A stretch of 64,000 nt of DNA, from the NCBI RefSeq assembly GCF_006345805.1, contig NC_042999.1, positions 34,720,001 through 34,784,000 of the forward strand. The letters run 5' to 3'. The notes below the pieces were generated by a model. That model did not search any database. It saw only the letters and a list, made by a program, of their open reading frames with translations, and was not told where the DNA came from. Shown one piece after another: positions 1 through 13,107 of this stretch. The position numbers were made by a program, and so were the translations under genes. Numbering within the stretch: the stretch's first letter is position 1; every line of letters starts with the position of its first letter. This DNA is from Octopus sinensis. Lineage: Eukaryota.

Positions 1-4
1 AAAT

Positions 5-418
5 GGGGCGAGCTGGCAGAAATGTTAGCACTCCGGGCGAAATGCGTAGCGGTATTTTGTCTGTATTTACGTTCTGAGTTCAAATACCGCCGAGGTCGAC
101 TTTGCCTTTCATCCTTTCGGGGTCGATGAACTAAGTACTAGATACGCACTGGGATCGATGTAATCGACTTAATCCGTCTGTCTGTCCTTGTTTGTCCCCT
201 CTGTGTTAAGCCCCTTGTGGGTAGTAAAGAAATAGGTATTTAGTCTGCCGTTACGTTCTAAGTTCAAATTCCGTCAAGGTCGACTTTGCTTTCATCTTTT
301 CGAGGTTGATAAATTAAGTACCAGTTACACACAGGGCTCGATGTAATCGGCTTAATCCCTTTATCTGTCCTTGCTTGTCCCCTCGATGTTTAGTTCCTTG
401 TGGGCAATAAAGAAATAC
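5..418 (+). mobile_element. tRNA-derived SINE family A, dimeric form
   Basis: Head GGCGAGCTGGCAGAAATGTTAGC, B-box-like GAGTTCAAAT and body GAGGTCGACTTTGCCTTTCATCCTTTCGGGGTCGAT; ~185-bp unit present twice; more than 10 related copies in the window. Confidence 0.85.
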
Positions 419-1069
419 GAAACTCTTCTTATACTTCTTAGCGTTTACAAGAACTCTGCTATGAGCAAACCACAAGACTACGAGTGGTTTTCACATTTTA
501 GGAATGGTCACTTATCGCTTGAAGACCAACCTCGTTCAGGTTGTCCGTCAATCTCCCGAACGTATGAAAACATCTTGAAAATTTGTGAACTGATCTTCAA
601 GGACTATCACCGACAATTGGCGAACTTGTTGCTCTGACTAGTGTGTCCTGGAGTTCCTCCGAACGAATTTTCAGCGAGAAATTTCGAATTAAAAGATTGC
701 AGCAAAATTTATGCCTCGCTTTTTCACGGAAGATCAAAAGCAGTCACGACTGAACGCATGTCGTAAACTGAAATAACAGCTGGAAATTGATCCGGACTTT
801 TTGGGGTTTTTTTTTCAGAGGCTATCACTGGTGACGAAAGCTGGTGCTATGGAATTTGTAGATATGGAAAGGGTGAAGAAAAAACGATGGAGGCGTTAAA
901 AGGCATCACATTGCAAGAGTCCCAGCACTACGTCGAACAGTGGAAAACGTGTCTGTTCCCATGCATTGCTTCAAATGCAGAATACTTTGAAGGCGCTAAA
1001 AGCGTAAACATGTAAAAGGGAATAAAATAATATTGAGAAAATGCCGGTTTCTTTTGGGTACCATCTCGT
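418..1069 (+). mobile_element. Degenerate, internally deleted mariner transposase remnant with 3' end
   Basis: Translates to YEWFSHFRNGHLSLEDQPRSGCP (HTH region), ITGDESWCYG (first catalytic Asp motif) and EQWK..CIASNAEYFEG (C-terminus); ends CTCGTA. Confidence 0.85.
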
Positions 1070-1187
1070 AGATATAGATGTGCGCATATCAGTATACTTG
1101 TGTGTTTGTATGTGTGACTATATGTGTGTACGTGCGTGTGTGGGCGCGTGTGATTGTGTGTGTGCGTGTATTTGTGCGTGTATGCTT

Positions 1188-1412
1188 CGAGCTGGCAGAA
1201 ATGTTAGCACACCGGGCGAAATGCGTTGCCGTATTTCGTCTGCCGTTACGTTCCGAGTTCAAATTCCGCCGAGGTTGACTTTGCCTTTCATCCTTCCGGG
1301 GTCGATAAATTAAGTACCAGTTACGCACTGGGGTCGATGTAATCGACTTAATCCCTTTGTCTGTCCTTGTTTGTCTCCTCTGTGTTTAGCCCCTTGTGGG
1401 TAGTAAAGAAAT
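1188..1412 (+). mobile_element. SINE family A, monomer
   Basis: Near-identical to the unit at 5-240; ends GGGTAGTAAAGAAAT. Confidence 0.85.
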
Positions 1413-2720
1413 GTGTATGCTTGTGGGTATACCTATACGATGATTCGTAACTTTTCAACAAACCACTATACAAAAGCACTTTTAAGGGATTCCGTTTACC
1501 TCCCGCTGCGTTTGGCCGAATCTTTAAGATTAATTGTTAATGTGGTAACAGTGAAATTATTATGCAATAATCTTCATAAAACTACTCACAAGCTCAGCGC
1601 CTAAAGTCATTCGTGTTCACTGTGCATACTTTCAAGTTAATGGACTTTATCACAATGGACTTTATACAAACCTGCCTCTAATCATAAATTGTTATTTCCT
1701 CAATGACCTTTTTTTTCACCGTGAGTTATTTTACAATAAATCTTTTGTTTGTTCTAAATACATGACCTTTCACTACATTACTTTAGGGAAGTATGATAGC
1801 TTCAATACTCTAACCTTCGCATCTGGATAAGAATAATGTTTATTAGTTATCTGGAGTTTGAATCATAATTATGTTCTTTTGTTACGATTTCATTTAAGGG
1901 GATCGAAAATCAAATCTTTTATAATCATGGTAAAAATCTTCACAGTATAATGGATCAAGCTGCGATATAAATCTGAGGATCTCGTATGCACTTCTAATAT
2001 AAAATTTTATTTAAACCCACACAGGTTTCAAAGTAGGTACATTTTCATCAAATTTCAAAAGCAATTAAATAGATAAATGGATAAGAATCCGTTTAAATAT
2101 ACTGCGTTAAGAAAAATATATGAAGATCTTCAGAAAAATAATTGTATTTTCAAAAGAAAAGAGGAGGGATGATAAGACATTTAGAAATATTTATTCACTG
2201 ATTTACTGCCTTTGATAGTTAAAGCATATTGTTTTAATACCACAGCACATTGAAATAATATTGTGATATATGTATACGCATTTTTAATTCATATCAGTAA
2301 CATTTAGTAAGATAAGCAATATCAATTTACACCTGCATTATTTTAAGAATACATTATGAAAATGTAAAAGTAACTTCAAAGTTGAATACTTTTGCTTTGT
2401 CATATAAATCTGAAATTTAGTTATGCTTAAGTATTTTGTTGGTATTTTCTTTTCTGCTTTTTTTTTTGTTTCCTTTTGTCAAATAGTTTTAAACTGGAAT
2501 CATTCTATCCAGAAAGCAATCTACGTCGGCAAATAATAATTACAAAGAGGAATATGTTTTAGCTTCTCTTTAATCATATTAGTTAATTATACCTTATGCT
2601 ACATATAAAGACCTCAGCGGTAGCACTTTAATACATCGATCATGAATAAAGCAAAACCACTCACTAACCTATTCATTCGATCTTCGATTCCCCAAATACA
2701 TGTTTTGCTGGAACTGCACA

Positions 2721-2823
2721 ACAAAGAATATGTCTTGGGTTGATTTCTTTGACTAAAACCCTTTAAGGTGGTACTCCAGCATGGCCGCTGTCAAATGACC
2801 GAAATAAGTAAAAGGACAAAAGA
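2721..2823 (+). mobile_element. SINE family C, 3' fragment
   Basis: CCAGCATGGCCGCTGTCAAATGACCGAAATAAGTAAAAG matches the tail of 6908-7320. Confidence 0.7.
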
Positions 2824-5800
2824 ATATAGAAATTAATAACTCGTATTTCGTGATTGGATCTTCGCATTAAAAATTATTTATTTTGCAGACTTGCGTCTAA
2901 AGAAAATCGTTAAACCAACCAAAGTGTATATTCAATTTATTAAAGGCCTAAACTAAATAATGTATTTATATATACCAGTGGGACTCGTGGGTATTCCAAA
3001 AAACGAAAAATATTAAGAAAATCTATTTAAGAAAGAAAGGACGATTTTCATTTTTTCGTTTCGAACAAGCTGATTATTATATAGACTTCACTGTTCTACC
3101 ATAAAATCAATACGGTTTCGACCTAATGTGCTTAAACTCCAATCTACTCAAACATATCATGTTATAGAAATTTGAAGATTCTGAAAGGAATTCAAAATCT
3201 GTTTCTTCTTTTTCTTTTCTTCACACGTTGTTAATTACCCACTTGCTTAACCAGCAATCACAAATAAAATTAATTTCTGCAAGGACCCTAATCGCCACTC
3301 GACCAGGAATGTGAAATCCTGAATGGGGATTTATGCAGGATACCTTATGTTATGTCACTGTAACGATGCTGCAAGTTGGCAGAATCATTAGAGCGTCAAA
3401 TATTAAAAAAAAACTGTCTACCAGTAATTCTTCCGAGTTCAAAGCCTACTGTGGTCAATGTTGCCAGGGATAGTAAAATACAGTACCAATCTAATATACA
3501 GTATTAGATTTTACCTTCCCTAAAGAGTCTTGCATACACGCGCGTGCGCACACGTACACACACGCACACATAATCGGTCAGTTGTTCATAAGTCATCTCA
3601 CTTTGAACGGTTTCAGTTGAGTCCGAAAAGGCTAGTTTATGTCACATAGACGCTCACTAGTTAGTAAGCCCATGCTTTTCAACGCGAATTTTCTATAATG
3701 AGGGCACCAACTAAACACCTCAGTTTTTAATTTAAGAGGGCCCCCACTCCTCGATCAAGCGACTGTTTTAGAATCCTTACTCTCTCCACCAAGCAGAGCT
3801 TGCATCGTCTGCTGCCATTGAGGCTGTTCCAGGAGCTTCCATTTAATTTTGTATGACTTTTAACTCTTCTATTAAATGCCATTTATAGTTGGCGAAAGAC
3901 GTAGCGTTGTGCTTCTCTGGGATCCCTCAATAGGATTTGTACTTATCCCGTCACAGCTTAAGAAACCCTCCGTTATCTAACATATATGTATCATTACGAT
4001 GTTAGTGTTAGTGATGCTGCTGATTTGCTGCTGCTGCTATTGCCACTTTTGCCCCATTAATGTTGTTACTCCCAAGTACCACATCTGATATAGTGGACCA
4101 CAGCTTCGGAGTTACATCGACCGCCTGTTGGGCACTTACAATTGGCCCTACACGAGTATCCTGCCTCCGTGTTGTATTTAGGAGCGTCCACTAAAATAGC
4201 TTTTACGCTGGGCGCACAGCTGAAGGTGACCATTAAGTTTTGTCTATTGAATTATCGCACCAACGACGTATGGACGCGTGCACGGAAATATGTTATATAA
4301 ACGGAAAATACGTTTAAGCTGCGACTAAATAAACACATGTCTCCTTTTATAATTCCCCGGAAATTCAAAGCTACGTCTTTGGCCAACTGCATATGTTTAA
4401 AGAAGAGTGAAACCCATTCAGGATTAAATGCAGGCTCCCAGAGTGATTTGAACCACACCCAAACGGAAGCAGACGATGCAAATTTTGTTTGGCTGAGAGG
4501 GCAAGGACCCTAAAAAAATTTCTTGGTCCGGGAGACCGTCGTAACTTAGAAGACAAAGTGAAGTGTTTAGTTGATACCCTCAGGATAGAAATTTAGCGCT
4601 GCCCCAGAATAAAACGACCAGCCTAAATAAACTGCTACAATCTTCCATGGTAATGAATACGTAAGATCCACTGCTCTTTGAAAGGTCTAGTTTTACTTCG
4701 ACTCATGTCCACTCAACACATTAATTTCTCCAACTTTCATCAGCTATATTGTATCTATTCCCCTAAACCATGCTACTATCCTTGTTTTACGTGACGTTTT
4801 CTCTTTGAAATTACTTCCCTGTCTGTATCTTACTGTAATGTTTCAAGTAGCTATGAATTATATTTCATTTTAACGGTTATATGAATATCTCCTTCCTTCA
4901 CGTCAATTTATTTAAAAAATTATAATTTATATATATATATATCTGTAATAGAAGAATGTGGCAGCGTATGGTTTTAAAATACAATTACCAGAAACGATTT
5001 CGTTTGCCTTTTATAGTTCACTTTGATAAGAGGATTATATGTTCATAGAAATTGTATTGGGAGGCAATAAGGAAATTAAATGGGCTGTTTAATGTCATTG
5101 AAAAATAGAGTGACTTAATTCATTTTGAATTCATCTCGCAAATATCGGAAATGTTGATGTTCAAAACAGGGAAAATTATACAAATATTACGTTGACATTA
5201 ATTAGATTCTCAGATTTTTACGCGGCAGATAAATGGAAACGTATCCTAACTGAGACAGTGGGGTTTCTCAGAAGATAATAGTTACTTCGAAAAATAAAAA
5301 TCGTTTATACTACGCATTTATTCTTCAAATATTCATATCTGTCAAAGCAGGTTAATATTTATGTTCAATAAATGACAAGTAAAAATGTGATTTAAGGAAA
5401 TTATATTTTGAACTTATAAATATGTAAATTATAATCAAATGCCATTTGCAACTCTTAAAAATCTGAACTAAGCAGGCTAAGGTTTAAGCTCTAGTATAAC
5501 CGAAAACACGAAGTCTTTGGTAGGAAAAATTTCACTTCATAAACATAACTCATTTATCTTGGTGAGGTCATGCTGTCATGCTTTATAATTCTTCTTTCTT
5601 TCTAATTCTTCTTTCCTTAATCGATCGCTATTCAGACATAATTAGAACTAGATATATTAGTGAGTATACATTTCTATATGATTGTAAATTTATGCTTCTA
5701 TAGTAAATGTTCTAGTTGGTAATTCAGTCAATGGAAAACATGCGGAAAACTTTTTCACAATAATATTAACTAATTCTTCAAAAATACTTTATCCTGTTAA

Positions 5801-6074
5801 GCATATCAAGAACTTTATTATGCTATGTACCTAGATTTAACCCTACAATTGGTGGTGGGGGTCACATAAACCGATGATCTGCTAAGTATGAGATCATACG
5901 GCTGTCTTTTAGGGATACAATGAGATACATATGCAAAAAAGAGTAAAACATATTTATAGCGTAGATAAGTTTCATAAAGGAAACGGAAATGAACTAATGA
6001 ATATAATTTAGAATGGTCAGTAATATATTTTGGGGTAGCAAAGGCAGCTAAGAATATCTAAACACCATATAATA

Positions 6075-6362
6075 TGGATCTTTTCGGTTTGAACGGCAAT
6101 TTTTAACATAATCTGTTTCTTATATGAGGGACATATTCATACGGCACAGAATGGTTTCACCTCAATAGACGGTCATTGATTGGTTGAAATTGCCGAAATG
6201 CAAGAAGTTAAAGACCAAATATCTTACAAACTATAGAATTTTCTCAATAAATCCAAGAGAAAAAGATGTTTTATAAACACATTCTACAATTATACGAAGT
6301 TTAAAATTTTTTAGTTACCTAGAAATTATGTTAAAAACTGCCGTTCAAACCGAAATGTTCCT
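6075..6362. mobile_element. MITE with ~33-bp terminal inverted repeats, family unassigned
   Basis: TTTCGGTTTGAACGGCAATTTTTAACATAAT (6082-6112) versus ATTATGTTAAAAACTGCCGTTCAAACCGAAA (6325-6355). Confidence 0.75.
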
Positions 6363-6402
6363 ATAATATGAACGATTCATTTACTGTTCCGTAATAACAA
6401 TA

Positions 6403-6623
6403 TACGAGGGCTTGCTGAAAAGTTTCTGGTTTTGGTAAAGGAAAATACAGAAGAATCAGTTAATTATGATTTTATTCGACATATCCCCCCTCTCAGATTC
6501 ACACACTTATTGCAGAAGTCCTTCAGTTTTTCTAAGTCCTGTAATACAACTCGGAAAGTTTGGCTTCCAACCAGAACTTTCATGATACCCTTAAAGCCAG
6601 GAACTTTTCAGTACCCTCTCGTA
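6403..6623 (-). mobile_element. Mariner-derived MITE, 221 bp, TA target duplication
   Basis: TIRs TACGAGGGCTTGCTGAAAAGTTTCTGG / CCAGGAACTTTTCAGTACCCTCTCGTA flanked by TA on both sides; interior matches the 3' end of the mariner at ~38000-38100. Confidence 0.85.
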
Positions 6624-6907
6624 TATATCAAAACATTTCCCTTAACGTTGCCCACTTTTCAATAATAACTTTTCATATTTTATATTTGCAGTTTAAAAGT
6701 TGACTAATGATTACAATCAAAATGAACTTTTCACATGTTTTTTATTATTATTTTAAGCTTAATTCATGTCATAATTTTGTTCCCTTCTTGTTTCATTTGT
6801 CAGGTTTTCATAATACTAGGGCATTATGTTTATGTCATTTAGCATTTTTTTATAGATTACTTTAGTGACGTTGCTCTGAGAGATTCTGAAATTTTAGTTA
6901 TTTCAGA

Positions 6908-7071
6908 GAAATGGCTGTGTGTTAACTAGCTTGCTTACCAAGCACATGGTTCCGGTTTATTCTCACTGCTTGGAACCTTGGGCAAGTGTCTTCTACTATA
7001 GCCTCGGGCCGACCAAATCCTTGGGAGTGGATTTGGTAGACGGAAACTGAAAGAAGCCCGTCGTATATATG

Positions 7072-7115
<44 letters not shown>

Positions 7116-7320
7116 TATGTCTATGTTTGTCCCCCCAACATCGCCTGACAACCGAGGATGGTGTGTTTACATTCCCGTAACTTAGCGATTCGGCAAAAGA
7201 GACCGATGGAATAAGTACTAGGCTTCCTAAGAATAAGTCCTGAGATCGATTTGCTCAACTAAAGGCGGTGCTCCAGCATGGCTACAGTCAAATGACTGAA
7301 AGAAGTAAAAGTAGAAGTAA
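6908..7320 (+). mobile_element. tRNA-derived SINE family C with internal (TA)(TG) microsatellite
   Basis: Head TGGCTGTGTG..., body CCTTGGGCAAGTGTCTTCTACTATAGCCTCGGGCCGACCAAA, tail GGCGGTGCTCCAGCATGGC..CAGTCAAATGACTGAAA plus AAGTAAAAG repeats. Confidence 0.85.
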
Positions 7321-7781
7321 ATGTTTTCATATCTTATTCAAGGATGATACTTTCAGCTTAAGCAGCGTTCGATATTTCATACTTTAAAAACATTTATATT
7401 TTATAGCAGGATCAAATATATAAATTTCATTTGCTTCATTTCCTCCAAGACTTCTTTACTAATGTAAATGATGCAGTATAATCTACTGATGTGCGAGGAT
7501 GATTGCAATTAAAACATTATTCTTGATTTAAATGGCATTTATTGTTTCAAACCATATTCTTTTAGTTTTATTAATATGTAAGCAAACTTACCTTATGATT
7601 TTTGCTCCTCTTAAATCTTTAACGAATTATAAAATTGATTGAGAAGAACAGCTGAAATATCAAATGAAGGGAAAATGAAGTTGGAAATGAACGAAAAGTG
7701 TATGTCTATAAAATATTGGTCTCCTATTTGCTGATATTAAAAATCTCAACACGTTGTGTTAGTTACAGCGAGCGTAACTCA

Positions 7782-8177
7782 TCTCTCTATATATATAAGG
7801 TTGAAGTTGTCTGTGTGTGTGTGGTAAGTTTGGTAGCCCTCAACTAACACTATCTCCTCCGAGACCCTGCGGCGCATGTTGACCAAAATTGAAAATATGA
7901 TAGAAGAAGGCTTGCTCTTCTTTCCGTAGGAGAAAAAATTCAAAACGAATCATGTTAAGACCAAAGATTATTTACATCAAAAAGGTGCTTTTTTTTTCTA
8001 TGACAATCCCTATTTTTTACGATTTTTTGACTGCTGTGTCGCCATTTCTCGGTGTATTTCAACCAGAAAAATGTTCACTTAAATAGAATAACAAGCTACA
8101 TAACGCAAAAGTTTTACTTTTCAAAAATTCTAATTCTAAAGGGTCGAAACAAACCCGAGCAACGTCGGGCGATACTG
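7782..8177 (+). mobile_element. Non-autonomous Helitron
   Basis: A|TC start (TCTCTCTATATATATAAGG); 3' hairpin CCCGAGCAACGTCGGG-CGATACTG shared with 59411-60046; terminal CTAG eroded. Confidence 0.7.
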
Positions 8178-9099
8178 AAACTATAGCGATAATATTTTAA
8201 GATGGACCGTATGTTCTTTCAATACTGCGTACATTAACTGTATGTTTATACGTCTGTTGTAACCTAAAGTTAAGAACATTTTAAGGTTCTCTAAACAGAG
8301 CGTGAGAGTAAGTTTACAAGAGCGGGTAAGACAAATATATTGCTTTGACAAATATATACCCAATGACAGAAAGCTGAAAGTATGCTAATGTCCGAATATG
8401 TATCTATGTTGCTGCCTGCTGAGAGACTCAGATGAGCTGTGCTTGTTGTTCGCGATTTTACATGGTGAATGTAGGGCGGTTGTTGGTACAAGAGTCAAAC
8501 GATTTTTGCCATGGAATTTACGTTTGGGTGTAACAACATGGCAGTCAATGAGCGAGTGTTTGTGTGTGGGCGTAGGTGTGACTGTGTGTCTGAATCCACA
8601 AGTACTGAGTTCTAATCTTGAACAACAACAGATCCGTTCTTTGTATCATTTGAATTTTATTTATATAGTTGCATTGTTTGAACATAGACTTTGTGAAAAT
8701 GTGCTATATGTACAGATAAATTAGACCGAATTTTTCGTTCCTTTTTTTGAAGATCGTAGAATAACGCTTCATTATATCAAACGGATATCGAATAATGACT
8801 ACTTCAAGAGCTGATATTGAAGAATGTAATGTCATTGCACATCAAGTGTTCGTTTTATATATGAAATAATACCAAATTTCGTTTCTTTTGAAAAACCATT
8901 ATTTTTTGCTTCATATTAAGTGACATATAAAGAGGTTAAATCCAAGATGTTCTATATTATTGCAGATTCCTGAATCCGTATACATAAGACAGAAATTATC
9001 CTTGATAAAACAAAAGAAATAAATTTCAGCAAGAGCCCATTAGTGAAACAACGATTTTATTGAAGATGGGGACCAAGTCATCTGGTGTGCCAGAACTAT

Positions 9100-9290
9100 T
9101 TCTCCGGATATTACTATTCAGTAAGATGCGTCAACTGATGTCACCCAGTGAGTCAACTTTGACTGTCACCTTACTCCTATTCCTCTCCTGGAAATCTGGA
9201 ACAAACTAGACTCCGAGCAGTTTTAGTCTGTCCATCGCAGCATGATACTGAAGGACAGCAGAGACCTGTCTCAAAAGGTTCCCATTTGTA
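9100..9290 (-). pseudogene. Short degenerate L1/Tx1-like RT fragment
   Basis: Minus-strand translation DRLKLLGV*FVPDFQERNRSKV resembles the PVKLLG region of the fragment at 40040-40615. Confidence 0.4.
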
Positions 9291-9354
9291 GGATTACGAA
9301 AGATTCTTGGATGAATTTAGATTTTGTCATTGCTTCCTGCTCCCATTGATAGAA

Positions 9355-9488
9355 GAAAAAGAAGAAGAAGAAGAAGAAGAAGAAGAAGAAGAAGGAGGAG
9401 GAGGAGGAGGAACAGAAAGAGGAGGAGGAGGAGGAACAGAAGGAGGAGGAGGGGGACGAGGAGTAGAGCGAGGAGAAGAAGAAGAAAA
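9355..9488 (+). repeat. Polypurine (GAA)n/(GGA)n tract
   Basis: Direct reading; source of the poly-E/G/R/L ORFs in the track. Confidence 0.95.
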
Positions 9489-9534
9489 AGTGTTAACATA
9501 CTTAATATGTATATATGAAATTTGTGAACATTTT

Positions 9535-10316
9535 TAAGCCATGTTCATCAAACTCGATTTTAGGGGAGGAGGCCAGTCGATTACATCGATCCCAGTCCGC
9601 AACGGTTACCCCGAAAGGATGAAAGGTAAAGTCGACCTCGGCAGAATTTGAACTCGGAATGCAAAGACATACGGAATTCCGCAAAGCATTTCATCCGGCT
9701 TGCTAACGATTTTGATTTCTTTATTGCCCACAAGAGGGCTAACACAGAGGGGCAAACAATGACAGATAAAGGGAATAAGTCGATTATATCGACCCCAGTG
9801 CGTAACTGGGACTTATTTAATCGACCACGAAAGGATGAAAGCCAAAGTCGACCTCGGCGGAATTTGAACTCAGAACGTAGCAGCAGACGAAATACCTATT
9901 TCTTTACTACCCATAAGTGGCAAAACACAGACGGGACAAACAAGGACAGACAAACGGATTACATCGATTAGATCGACCCCATTGCGTAACTGGTACGTAT
10001 TTAATCGACCCCGAAAGGATGAAAGGAAAAGTCGACCTCGGCGGAATTTGAACTAAAGACACGTAACGGCAGACGAAATACCTATTTCTTTACTACCCAC
10101 AAGGGCCTAAACACAGAGAGGACAAACAAGGACAGACAAATGGATTAAGTCTATTATATCGATCCCAGTGCGTAACTGGTACTTATTTAATCAACCCCGA
10201 AAGGATGAAAGGCAAAGTCGACCTCGACGGAATTTGAACTCACAACGTAACAGCAGACGAAATACCGCCAAGCATTTCGCCCGGCGTGCTAACGTTACTG
10301 CCAGCTCGCCGCCTTA
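9535..10316 (-). mobile_element. SINE family A trimer fused to an older monomer
   Basis: Head at 10316; three ~190-bp units with junction AAAGAAATAG|GTATTTCGTCTG; diverged copy at 9535-9710. Confidence 0.85.
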
Positions 10317-11454
10317 CTTCTTATTCAATATTAAGGGCAAATTTCTTCCGGGTGGGAGGGAACGTACTTAGAAATATTAGATTATGTACTTTTACGTTGT
10401 GCTTTCAAATTCCAATTTTCTTTCTGTCATTTTAGGGTCGATGATAGTATTAGTACAAATAAAATGCTGGGGTACCACATAATCGACAGTTCATTCCCCG
10501 AAGGAAAAATGTCTAGCGTAGTTCCTTTTATATATCAATTAATTATATAAAACCAGTGTGTATAAGGAATAATATAGTGCTCTATTATATACAATTCGAT
10601 ATTTGGTCTTAATTTCATATACGTCTACAGTTGACACCTACCATGTACAAAGAGTTTATTTCTCCTAACGTTTAATATTTATAAACTTATTAAGATTAAT
10701 TTCATTTAGTAACATATATTTTAAAAAGCAAAATATTTGAAATATTCTCTCATTACTAACAACATTATTATTAATTTACTGATCATCATGACATTAGCAG
10801 CTGAATTTAATTTGCAAACACAGATGTTTGTGGTCTAAGATATTACCGCAAGGTCTGGCGCTGTAGCGTAGATCTCAATTTATTTGAAATAAAATCTCTA
10901 AATGGATTTAAATAATTAGATATATATTTCAGAACTGATAATGATTTCTCCTTCAGACGTCATACTTCTGTTATTTATGACTTATCACATATTGTAATGT
11001 TATTTTGAGATATAATCTATTATAAAAAGGAGCAGCGAAGCATCAGATTCAGTGCCTTGATTTGTTCCTAGTAATGAATGACCTTTAAGTTCGGTGTTTA
11101 ATTCTTGTCGAGGCCAACACCATTCATCTTTCTGGGGGTGGGGGTCAGTAAAAGGACTACAAGAATTGATTGCATCAATTTTACCCATCCCTCTAAAAAT
11201 ACTTGTTGGAAATCACATTATTAATTTTCCTTTTAGTAGAATGAACACATAGGCTTTTCGAAATCACGAAATGCAGTAAAGGTTTTCATCATTTTATGGG
11301 TTGTATAAACACTTTATTGATGAAACGTCCTTGACAGTGTCAGTAAACACTTAGTCTCTAACAATTTGTAAATAGGTGCAACAGAAAAGATAGCTCGTAG
11401 ATGCAAGGATTAAGAACACAACATAGGTTGTAAGTATTTTTAAAAGAAATAAGG

Positions 11455-11665
11455 CAGTGAACTTGAAGAATCGTAAGCACGCCCGTCAAAGTGCTTAGAG
11501 GCATTTGGTCCGTCTATATTTTCTGAGTTCAAATTTCGCCGAGGTTGATTTTACTTTTCATATTTTCGGGCCGATAAAATAAGTACCTCTTAATTACTAG
11601 GGTCGGTGCAATCGGCTAGCACTTTCCCCTGAAATTCTTGGTCTTGTCCAAAAATTTGAAAGCAA
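11455..11665 (+). mobile_element. Degenerate SINE family A monomer
   Basis: TTCTGAGTTCAAATTTCGCCGAGGTTGATTTTACTTTTCAT body motif. Confidence 0.7.
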
Positions 11666-11724
11666 TAACTTTAATATAAATGATGCACTCACATGAACTC
11701 AGAAAACGGTATTTAATACTTTCT

Positions 11725-12112
11725 ACTATAGGAACGAGACCTGAAATTTAGGGGAGGAGGATAATAGGTTACATAGACCCAAGTGTTTTACTGGGACTTA
11801 AGCTATCGACCTCGAAAGGATGAGAGGCAAAGTCGACCTCGACGGAATTTGAGCTCACAACTTTGCGGCAGGCGAAATACCTATTTCGTTACTACCCACA
11901 AGGGGCTAAACACAGAGAGAACAAACAAGGGCAGACGAAGGGATTAAGTCGATTACATCGACCCCAGTGCATAGCTGGTACTTAATTTATCGACCCCAAA
12001 AGGATGAAAGTCAAAGTCGACCTCGGCGGAATTTGAACTCAGAACATAACGGCAGGCGAAATACCGGTAAACATTTCGTCCAGCGTGCTAACAATTCTGC
12101 CAGCTCGCTGCC
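11725..12112 (-). mobile_element. SINE family A dimer
   Basis: Head at 12112, two body units, same junction. Confidence 0.8.
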
Positions 12113-12908
12113 TACCGAATTATTTTCGCTCTAAAGGTAGTTGATATCCACGAACTAAATGTCAAACAAGCTGCAGCAAAAGATGTAAGAACATGCGCTG
12201 TAGATTTAGGAAACATTTAGCGCACTTGGTAGTGACAACAAATTATCGCATTGTATTTCCCATTTATTATCAATTAACTCTTTATGTGGTGACATTTGCC
12301 TGTCACTCATTGCAGGAACTGTGTTGCTTAAACACCACTATTTAACACCGCTATTTAACTGCTTATCCAAGGACATCAAATAGAATAAGCTATATCTGCA
12401 GAAAATATTTCATTTCATTATAACTTTCTACAATTGGTTTTCAGAGAAGCTTCTAGGTTGCTTTGAAAAGTTAAATCCTTCAGATATATCTAGCTTTCGA
12501 AGCTTTCTTTGGTAAAAGATTCCATTAAAACACCCATCAAAGACATCTGTTAATCTAATTCAAATGGTGTGATCGACCTTCCAGTGACATATTATGGCTA
12601 CCATGACAAGATATTGCAGTTTTCTAATTCCGTTTATTCACAAATCTATATATGCTCAAATCGATATATATATGTATATATATATATATACCATACAAAA
12701 ACCTAACACCACAAAAGTCAACAACTCTCGTTGTATTATCGTTTTCTTAAAAATCTTTACTAAAGCGAAACACAATAGAAATTTCACATACAAAGCAGCT
12801 TCACACAACGAAATAACTTTAAACAACCTCCAAAAATCACTACGCTAACGCCCTTTAAATCAAAGCATAACATTTGTTCAACATCAAATATATATACTTC
12901 CAAATATA

Positions 12909-13050
12909 GGCGTAGGAGTGACTGTGTGGTAAGTAGCTTGCTTACTAACCACATAGTTCTGGGTTCAGTTTTCTACTATAGCTTCGGGCCGACCAAAGCC
13001 TCTGAGTGGATTTGGTAGAGTGAAACTGAAAGAAGCCCGTCGTATATATG

Positions 13051-13107
<57 letters not shown>

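Noticed and set aside
9307-9537. Poly-E/G/R/L ORFs here, and similar YI/MYVC/HT/poly-S ORFs throughout
   Set aside because: They are translations of microsatellites and carry no coding signal.
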